A stretch of 64,000 bases of DNA from Oikopleura dioica (lineage: Eukaryota > Animalia > Chordata): NCBI GenBank assembly GCA_907165135.1, contig OU015569.1, positions 11,160,001 through 11,224,000 on the forward strand, read 5' to 3'. Below the pieces are notes generated by a model that was given only the letters and a program-made list of their open reading frames with translations, was not told the origin of the DNA and searched no databases. The position numbers and the translations under genes were made by a program. Each line of letters opens with the position of its first letter. Within the stretch, counting starts at the first letter, position 1. Positions 12,888-21,705 of the stretch are shown one piece after another.

Positions 12888-13725
12888 ATGAATTCCAACG
12901 CCAGAATTCCCGACAACTGCGTTCTCTGCGATAAAGTCGTCATAGAGAGCTATTGGTTCCCGATTGAAAGTTTGAGATGCTGTCATCAACAGTACTGTGC
13001 CGAGTGTCTCGGTTTAGTGGCTTGGTGTCCAAAGTGCCATCAATTTCTTGTAAATGGCCGAAAAATTATCTTCACTCATAAATTTTAAGGGACCAAAAAG
13101 GAAAAATGGCGCCAGCAGAGAAAGCTTTGCGAAACCCATCCCCTCCCTCCCTGTTGTGGAAGTTCTTAAGAAATCTACGCCTAATGCTGAAGTCAACAAT
13201 TTTCATGAAGACTTCCATGACGACGAGGATTGTGTTATCATCGAGGATGAGTCGGAAGGCAATTCAAACAAGTCCCCGAAGAAAAGAAAGATGGAAGTCA
13301 ACAATAACGACGATTGCATCCTCATCGAAGATGATCTGGATGGTAATTGAGAATCCTTTTTTTTTTCATAAAAATAAGCTTCTTTCAGAAGTTATTCCTC
13401 CAGTGCCGCAACCACGAAAATCAATCCTCAAGAACAGCAAGTGCGCCACTTCTCTTCAACAATCAAGTCACAAGAAAAGAAGGATCGATGTCGACAATAA
13501 CAACGATATTATAATCATCGACGATGAACCAGATGGTAATTCAAAAATCATTAATTGATAAAATAATACTATTTGCTTTTAGAACGCATCCCTCCAGTGA
13601 CGAAACCTCAAAAAAGATCGATCCTCAAGAAAAGCAGGCGCGTTTATTTCTCATCAAATTCTTCTGTCTACGTGTTTCTAAAAGAAACAGACAAACCTAT
13701 GCGTCCATTGCCAACCGACCGCTAA
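12888..13725 (+). CDS. Tandem family copy 1: RBBP6-type RING-like finger + 3 SIM-like motifs + NLS + SILK/RVxF PP1-docking tail
   Basis: CVLC-x16-CCHQQYCAEC-x6-CPKC; 40-nt intron 13050-13089; DCVIIEDE, DCILIEDD, DIIIIDDE; last exon SILKKSRRVYF; stop 13723-13725. Confidence 0.75.
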
Positions 13726-13944
13726 GGAATCAAAGTAGCCGATTATACCTCGCTCTTTCTTATTATGACCATAAAGTTTGATTGTAGATTCATGAAAATA
13801 CTATTTGAACATAACTTTTATCCACCTGTACAATTGTTATCTACACTGTAAAAATTTGTAAAAATATAGCATCAATGTCAATGATTTATCGACAAAAAAC
13901 AAAACTATCCTACAGTAGTTCATATTGAGAACCAGGAAAAGATT

Positions 13945-14150
13945 TTATTTCTTGAGAAGAGGGATCAGTTTTCTCTGAGTTTCTCGTGAATTTGCTGTTT
14001 CTTCTGATAAGTGAAATTCTCTGTCGCAGAAAAAGTTTGGATTCCGAAATTTCGGACACGAGTTCTTCCAGCTTTGGTTTTGCTCTTTACCAGCCACGGA
14101 AGATCTCGGATTTTGTTGCTTTTCCTTTTCGAATTTGAGAAATTTTGTCA
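13945..14150 (-). repeat. Dispersed duplicate of 27420-27660 in inverted orientation
   Basis: Minus strand here and plus strand at 27462-27650 both encode DLPWLVK.K.KA.RTRVRNFGI.T.SATENFT.QKKQQIH.KLR; roughly 85% identity by eye. Confidence 0.75.
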
Positions 14151-14269
14151 ATGATTCGCCAAACAACAAAACCAGCGGAGTTAACATTCAGGAAGCAAAG
14201 CAATTACTGCAGCCTTTTTCTAAAATCCTTTTGAATTGTTCGATTTGAAAATGCAGATGTTCAGTTGCT

Positions 14270-14318
14270 GATGGCGCTGGCGCACTTTTTCCCGCCTTTT
14301 TTGTTTCAAAAATTTGAA
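14270..14318 (+). promoter_or_regulatory. Conserved proximal promoter block of the tandem family (GATGGCGC, E2F-like TTTCCCGCC, CHR-like TTTGAA)
   Basis: GATGGCG at 14270, TTTCCCGCC 14288-14296, TTTGAA 14313-14318. Same arrangement at 17099-17145; variants upstream of copies 1, 3 and 5. Confidence 0.45.
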
Positions 14319-14343
14319 ATCGACAAAGAGGAAAATAAGAGGA

Positions 14344-15197
14344 ATGACCTTCAGTGTGTCAGTTTTTGACAATTGCGATGTCTGCCGCAAAGTCTTCAGG
14401 TTCAATTTGAAAGATTTTGGATGCTGCGGTCAGAAAGTCTGCCCCAGCTGTTTCTATGTGACGATTTGGTGTCGAAAGTGCGAACTTTTTCATCATGTAA
14501 ATTGTCGACTTATATTTTTACTTAATTTTATTAAAGGAGTTCAAAAAGAAAAATGCAAAAGGCTGCATTAAACCCATTGTGAGACGAAGAGGTGTACCAG
14601 AAGAATATTTCGACTCGCCGGTTATTGAAAATGATCTCAACGAAGCTTTTCACGAGGCTTTCCATGAGAGGCATTGCAAAATCATCGAGGATGAGTTGGA
14701 CGGTAATTCAAAATCAAATTTTAGCAAAATAATTTTTTGTGTTAGAAGTCATCCATCCAGCGCCGAAACAAAAAGAATCAGTCTTCAACGAAGAAAAGGA
14801 TGCTTCTTCTCCTCCACAATCAAGACACGGCTCCCTTTACAACCGCATTTACGCTTTCATCGACAAGAACAATCCTTTTTCTGGAGAAAGCCTTACAACT
14901 GAAAAGCCATCCCCGAAGAAAAGAAAGATTGACATCAACAATAACGACGATTGCATAATCATCGAGGATGATAAATCCGATGGTAATTCAAAATATTTTT
15001 GTTTTTTTTTTAAATAAGCTTTTTTGTTAGAACGCATCGCTCCTGTGCCTAAACCAAAAACATCGATCCTCAAGAAAAGCAAGCGCGTCACTTTCTCATC
15101 TGATTCTCTTTCTGTTTGCTCGTTTCTCAAAGAAACTGACGAACCTATGCGTCCATATCCAAAAAGAAATCGCAGAAAAGTCAGCGCTGATATTTGA
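14344..15197 (+). CDS. Tandem family copy 2: RING-like + SIM-like + SILK/RVTF
   Basis: CDVC..CCGQKVCPSC..CRKC; CKIIEDE, DCIIIEDD; TSILKKSKRVTFSSDSLSVCSF; same intron positions as copy 1. Confidence 0.75.
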
Positions 15198-15546
15198 AGC
15201 GTCTCCTTTTATTTAATTTTTTCTGGCTCTTTTTCTTATTATGTACATAGAGTTTCATTGTAGATTCCTCTAGACACTATTCGAAGATATTTATTATCCA
15301 CCTGTATACTAGCCCATTTCACTGTAAAATTTAAAAATTTGTTAAATATAACTTCATTGTCAATGATCCGACAAACAACGAAACAAACGGAGTTTCTTCA
15401 AGAAAAGCAATTACTGCAGCCTTTTTCTAAAATCTTTTTGAAATTTTTGATTTGAAAATGCAGATTTAGTTGCTGATGGCGCTGGCGCACTTTTTTTCCA
15501 CCGTTGATCATTTTTTTTCAAATTTTCAAAGAGCAAAATAAGAGAA

Positions 15547-16704
15547 ATGACCTTCATCGTCAACAAAAAATGTAGTGTCTGCCGCAAAGTCGTCAGCTTC
15601 AATCTCGAAGAATTGAGATGTTGTCTTCGAAAAACCTGTCCCGACTGTGTTCTTGACAAAATCCGGTGTCCAAAGTGCATAGTTTTTCTTCATGTAACTT
15701 GTCTAAAAACTATTCTTTTTTTGATTTTATTTAGGACCGTAAAAAGAAGAAAAGAAGGGGCTCCATGAACCTAACCTTGACTAGACAGAACGCGTTTCGA
15801 GGAAATATTGGGGGAAAATATTTCAGCTCTTCGGTTGTTCTGCCTCAGACGCCTGACTGCATAATCATCGAGGATGAATCAGGTAGTATTTCAAACATTT
15901 TTTTATATAAGTATTTCTGTTAGAAGTCATCCCTCCAGTGCCAAAACCAAGAAAATCACTCCTCAAGAAAAACAGCCGCAACACTCCTCTTCAATCAGCA
16001 AAAGTGATCTTGAATCTAGATGTTGAAGAAGGCGGGAAAGTAAGATCATATGCTGAATTCATTAGCTCATTTCGCGCTTAGGCTGATGGACTTGAAAAGA
16101 CTCCCAAACCAGATCAGAAATGCGAGCGATCATGGATCGACTTAGGCATGGCCAGCCAGAGCTTTCTTTACGAGCAGTTCTTGTACCTTGTTTACGCTTT
16201 CATCAACAGGAAGAAATCTTCTTCTGGCGAGAGTTCTCAAAAGCTCGTTGTTCCTGCTCCAAAACCGGAAAAGCGAGTTTGCTCGCTTTCGTCTGAAAAG
16301 CAGTCCCCGAAGAAAGGAAAGATTGATATCAACAATAACGACGATTGCATAATCCTCGCGGATAAAGGGAATGGTAATTCAAATTCAATTTTTATTCAAA
16401 ATAAGCTCTCGTTTTAGAAAAAGTCCCTCAAATCCCAAAACCAAGAACATCAAAGCTTAAGAAAAACAGCCGTATTTCTTCTCCTCAGGAATCAGCAAAA
16501 ATGACCTTGAATCTGGACCATGGAAAAGGAAAGAAAAAGACCGCCGAGCGAGCTCAGAAATCTGAGCTTCAAAAAAGCATGGACGGAGACATCTTCCTTT
16601 ACGAGCAACTCTTGGAACTGGTTCACGTCTTGATCAGATGCAAGGAGAGCTCTGAAAATCTCGCCGTTCCCTCTTCAAAGCCGGAAGAGCAAGTTTCATT
16701 ATGA
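15547..16704 (+). CDS. Tandem family copy 3: RING-like + SIM-like modules, no RVxF tail
   Basis: CSVC..CCLRKTCPDC..CPKC; DCIIIEDE, DCIILAD; five exons joined by short GT-AG introns; ends EEQVSL*. Confidence 0.7.
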
Positions 16705-17168
16705 CGATAATGAATCACAATTTGTGATTTTTGAAGTGTCGCTTTTAATTTAATCATTTCTCGCTCTTTGTTTATATGTACATGAAGTTTCATTGTAGAT
16801 TCATCAAATCATTATTTGAACATAACTATTATTCACCTGTATACTTATCTTCGAAACTGTAAAAACTGTAAAAACATGTAAAATACACAATCGTCGATGA
16901 TTCGACAAACATCTAAACCCATGGTCCATGGAGTTTATGGTTATTCAGGATTTAAAACCATTAGTACAGGCTTTTTAAATTAGCGCAGCATAAATTCATT
17001 TAAAATAATATTTTAAATTTCCACATGCGTTTTTTTTTAAATTCGCCGCGCTCGTTCAGCACCACGATCAGTCTTTCAACAGTCTCAACAGATGGTTCGA
17101 TGGCGCTGGCGCACTTTTTCCCGCCTTTTTTTGCAAAAATTTGAAAGTCAAAGAGGAGAAAAAGAGGA

Positions 17169-17972
17169 ATGACCTTCAGTGCATCAGTTTTCGACAATTG
17201 CGATGTCTGCCGCAAAGTCTTCAGGATGAATCTTACAGATTTAGGATACTGTGGTCAGAAAGACTGCCACAACTGTTTCTTTGTGCCGATTTGGTGTCGA
17301 AAGTGCAAAGTTTTTCATCATGTAAATTTCCGACTTATATTTGTTTTACTCAATCTAATTAAAGGACCTAAAAAAGAAAAATGAAAAAGGCTGCATTAAA
17401 CCCCTTGCGAGACGAAGAGGTGTACGAAAAGAATATTTCGACTCTCCGGATCTCAACGAAGCCTTCCACGAGGCCTTCCATGAGGAGCATTGCAAAATCA
17501 TCGAGGATGAGTTGGACGGTAATTCAAAATCATATTTTTGCAAAATAACTTTTTGTGTTCGAAGTCATCCCTCCAGTGCCAAAACAAAGAGAATCAATCC
17601 CCAACGAAAATAAGGATGCTCCTTCTCCTCAACAGTCAAGACACGGCTCCCTTTACAACCGCATTTACGCTTTCATCGACAAGAACAATCCTCTTTCTGG
17701 AGAAAGCTCTACAACTGAAAAACCGATGCCGATGAAAAGAAAGATTGATATCAACAATAACGAAGATTGCATAATCATTGAGGATCAATCCGATGGTAAT
17801 TCAAAATCATTTATATTAAAAATTAGATATTCTTTCAGTTGTCATCCTTCCAGTGTCGAAACCAAGAAAATCGAAGAAAAATCAGCTCTTTACTTCTGTC
17901 CAAGAGTCAGAAAGCACGATCTCAAATTCTCTAGACTCAGAAGAGCAAATTGGCAGTCAAAAACACAAATAA
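17169..17972 (+). CDS. Tandem family copy 4 (closest to copy 2); RING has CC>YC, no RVxF tail
   Basis: CDVC..YCGQKDCHNC..CRKC; exons 2-3 nearly identical to copy 2; last exon ends IGSQKHK* at 17970-17972. Confidence 0.7.
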
Positions 17973-18482
17973 AACTTGCTATTGCTGGTCTTGCTATGTG
18001 TGCTCTATGTGCTCTTTCGAGTCAAAGCCACTCGAACCCGTCCGTCATGACGAGTATGAAATTTGAATTGTGTTTTAAATAATCATTTATCGTTCTTTCT
18101 TTATATGTTTATAAGGTTTCATTGTAGATTCATCAAATCATTATTTGAACATAACTATTATTCACGGCTGCCGGGGGTTTTGCCTGAGCGGGGGTTTGAC
18201 CTGGCGTCGGATTTGCCTGAACGGGGGTTTGACCTGCCAGGTAAATCCGACGCTCAGGTCAAACCCCCGTCAGGCTAATCTGACGCTAGGTCAAATCCCC
18301 GTTTGGTCAAAGTTTCATTTACGGAAAAGGACGGAACAAACTCACACAAGGGGGGATAGGCTAGGCTTCAGTAACCCTAAGACGTGCTTTTTTAAGGTTA
18401 ATGGAGTTGTCCAGCTCAATTCCGCCTTATAGACCCCCATACGCGATACCTTTTTAGAAACTTTTACGAACTTTGAAGGTAT

Positions 18483-18841
18483 AAAATTCTAGAAAACTCC
18501 ACTTCCGGTCGATTCTATAGCCGGATGTTGAAGAAAGTTAGGAGTTATGGTAAAGTGTGACCTATCAAATTGATGCCCAGAAAATTTTGAGCCATCCTAT
18601 AATCAATATGTCAGAAGAAACAGTCCCAAACGTGGTCAAACCGACCGGTAAAATTATGTAAAAAAGGCATAAATTGATATTTTTTCTGTTTTATCCGTTT
18701 GGTTTGATCCCCGGTAAAGTTGATTCTTTTCTCAAATGAAAGGAAATCGTCTGTGCATCAATTTGATATCTCACACTTCACCCTCCAACCTTGATTTCGT
18801 CAACTTCCGTCGTCAACCGGAAGTGGAATTTTCTAGAGTTT
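18483..18841. repeat. ~29 bp inverted repeat pair inside the MULE-like element (probable nested MITE relic)
   Basis: AAATTCTAGAAAACTCCACTTCCGGTCGA versus the reverse complement of TCAACCGGAAGTGGAATTTTCTAGAGTTT; 3 mismatches. Confidence 0.55.
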
Positions 18842-19012
18842 AAAAATTTCTCCTTGCTTGCAAATTCTTGAACTACTACTAGAAGAAAATTGTTCTAGTT
18901 CGCAAAAATACGAGCTAGGAGAAAATTCTCCTAGTGACGGCGTACAACTGATACACAGTGGCAAAAAGGTTAAACATTCTCGCATGATAAGATTAAAGTA
19001 AATTTTGATTAA

Positions 19013-19766
19013 GGATATAGCCGTTCTCAAGGCACTTTCGTAGCGCCGAAATGGAGCGATAAATTTTTTTCATTTCAAGACAGGTCCTACCTAAAATTAT
19101 GTCTGGAATTCGATTCTGATTTTTTTTTTAATTTTTTTCAAAGAAAATTTCTCTCTGGAGCGATTTGAAATCTTACGATCACTTTTTCTCGAATTTTTTC
19201 AATTAAATCGCTAAAACTAAACCGTGTTTTATTATAAATAACTGCTAATCTATCAACCTAGGGCCTCAAAATTTCAAAACCCGAGCAAATTTCCATTCTA
19301 GCGTCTTCTTCTTTTTGGCTTTTCTTTTTCATAAATGCTGCGTTCAGGGCGCTGGGCCAATCAGCGCGCTCTTTCACATGCGCGCCTCACCGCGCGATGG
19401 AGGAGGGCGCCCAGCGCAGCAAACCAGAGCGCTGTCTGACGCTTCGGCTTACTCAAGTAAGCCTCATAAAAATGGCTCTAGAACCATAAATAATTTGAAT
19501 CTATTAAACTTTAAGCCCTAGAAATGTAGAGAAAGGTCCAAATTTTTAATTTATCAAAAAAACTCGACCGATTTAATGGAAAATTCTCGAGAAAAAGTGA
19601 TCGTAAGATTTAAAATTGCTCTAGAGAGAAATTTTTCCATTAAAAAATTAAAAAAAACACTAGAATCGGGTTTCTTAGGCAATTTTAGGTAGGGTTCCTT
19701 TTGAAATGAAAAAATTTTATCGTCCCCTTTTGGCGCTACGAAAGTGCCTTGAGAACGGCTATATCC
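19013..19766. mobile_element. 754 bp Kolobok-like MITE nested in the MULE-like element
   Basis: TTAA|GGATATAGCCGTTCTCAAGGCACTTTCGTAGCGCC ... GGCGCTACGAAAGTGCCTTGAGAACGGCTATATCC|TTAA. Long imperfect TIRs; GC-rich core with CCAATCAG. Confidence 0.85.
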
Positions 19767-20279
19767 TTAATAATAAATGAATAATTTTCAATTTAGAAAG
19801 TCACATTTTTCCATCCAAAAAACGGCGCTTTTGCCTGAATGGGGGTTTGACCAGAGCGTCGGATTTACCTGGCAGGTCAAACCCCCGTTCAGGCAAATCC
19901 GCCGCCAGGTCAAACCCCCGCGCAGGCAAATCCGCCGGCAGCCATTATTCACCTGTATACTTATCTTCAAAACTGTAAAATCATGGAAAATATACAATCG
20001 TCGATGATTCGACAAACATCAAAACACATGGAGTTTATGGTTATTCAAGATTTAAAACCATAAGTACAGGCTTTTTAAATTAGCGCAGAATAAATTTATT
20101 TAAAATATTATTTTATATTTCCGCATTCGTTTTTTTTTAATTCGCCGCGCTCGTTCAGCACCACGATCAGTCTTTTTGATCAACAGATGGTTCGATGGCG
20201 CCGGCGCACTTTTTCTCGCCGTTGAGTTCTCTGATTTCGAAAATTTGAGCGAGAAAAGAGCGTGAAAAAAGATAGAGAA

Positions 20280-21259
20280 ATGGAAGTTGATTCTCAAAGT
20301 CGGATTTCTACCCGCAATGCCAAAGCGAGATTACGGGCGAAGACTATGAACGAGGCGATGGAAGAACTTAACGAAATGAGTCGAAAACATCTCGTTAAAA
20401 GGAAGCGTTGTCCTGGAAAGAAGCGTCATGTAAGAAATCAACTATGAGCTCGTTTTATGGAAATTATTTCAGACAAAACTGTGCACTCTTCGCAACACAA
20501 AAGACGTGATCTTAATAATGGAGGAGGAGCTTGCTGAGTACGAAACTGGGCTTGAAAACCTGTGTAGAATGCCTGAATTAGGGGTTAAAAAATCTTTAAT
20601 GAAAAGCAACGGGGCCTTTCCGAAAAGATTGGAAAGGAAATAGCGCGGCTTTCAACCCTGAGTCAGGTATTCTACACAGGTTTCCGAGCCCAGGTACGAA
20701 AGGCACAATAAACTGCTAGAAAAGTATGTTTCGGATAACGATGGATTCTTGCGGACACAGCAAGAAAGATCGGAAAATAAGCGAAAAGAAGATGAGAAAA
20801 AACAAGCTCTTCTTGTGGCTCAGTACGAAAAGGACATTTCCAACTACGAAAGCGAGCTGGAAAAGATCAGGCTGGAGCTCGCAAAATGCAAAGAAGAACT
20901 GAAATCGAAAGGAGAATCGCGCCGCGATTCAGTTGAAAAGCAGTCGACGAAGAAAATAAAGATTGAAATCAATAATAACGACAATTCGACAAACAAATTC
21001 ATCAAGCTTGAGCCGCAAGGTAATTCATATCCATTTCTATATCAAATAAAATATCCCGTTAGATTTCATCCCTCCATCGCCGAAATCAAGAGGATCGAAG
21101 CTGAAATCGAAAAAGCGCGTTTCTTTCTCCCCGGAGAATCAGATCCGCGTGTTCAAAAGAGAAGCTGGCAGAACAATGCGTCCACTACCGGTTCCATACC
21201 GGCGTATACAAACTCGCAGAACTGGCAAAGCTGTTCGAAAAACAACCCGTCCGTCATGA
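20280..21259 (+). CDS. Tandem family copy 5: divergent bHLH-like head + coiled coil + NLS + RVSF/phi-phi PP1-docking tail
   Basis: Exon 1 RNAKARLRAKTMNEAMEEL; 43-nt intron 20430-20472; TKLCTLRNTKDVILIM; 156-nt MITE-derived intron 20538-20693; coiled coil; last exon KSKKRVSFSPENQIRVF; shares promoter and 3' UTR with copies 1-4. Confidence 0.7.
20546..20693. mobile_element. 148 bp MITE (CTGGGC...GCCCAG family, 8-bp TSD) forming a GT-AG intron together with its TSD
   Basis: TSD GTACGAAA at 20538-20545 and 20694-20701; ~38 bp imperfect TIRs. Confidence 0.85.
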
Positions 21260-21705
21260 CGATTATGAAATTTAAAAATGCCTCTTTTTATCATTATTTT
21301 TTAAAACCATTTCTTGCTCTTTCTTTCTTTGCACATAATAATTTTTTGTAAATTCATCGAATCATTTTTGAACATAACCATTTTTCACCTGTATATTTGC
21401 CTTCCTGTAAAAACTTTAAAACTGATAAATATAACGTCATTGTCAATAATTCGACAAACAAAAAACGACGGAGTTTTTATTCATTCAGGAAACAAAAATA
21501 ACTACTGCAGGCTTTTTCGAAAATCTTCCTCGAGCTCTAAAAGCAAAATTTACAGTTATCAGATTTCTTTTCTTTTACCGCTTTCAATCAGTTTGAGCGC
21601 TTCCTCCACTGCTTTTGAGCTATTTTCGCTGTCGTAAACGTCTGAGAATAGATTTCAAGCTCGCTGTTTCTCAATTCTCATTCTTCAAAAAGAAGAAACA
21701 TTCGC

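Larger units (their letters stand above)
18166..19943. mobile_element. Non-autonomous Mutator(MULE)-like element with subterminal GGGGGTTTGACC repeats
   Basis: GGCTGCCGG...CCGGCAGCC termini; 9-bp TSD ATTATTCAC at 18157-18165 and 19944-19952. The empty site CATAACT-ATTATTCAC-CTGTATAC is present in the paralogous 3' UTR at ~16821. Confidence 0.85.

Noticed and set aside
18145-18432. Paired similar ORFs at 18145-18432 and 19788-20015
   Set aside because: Translations of the MULE-like subterminal repeats, not genes.
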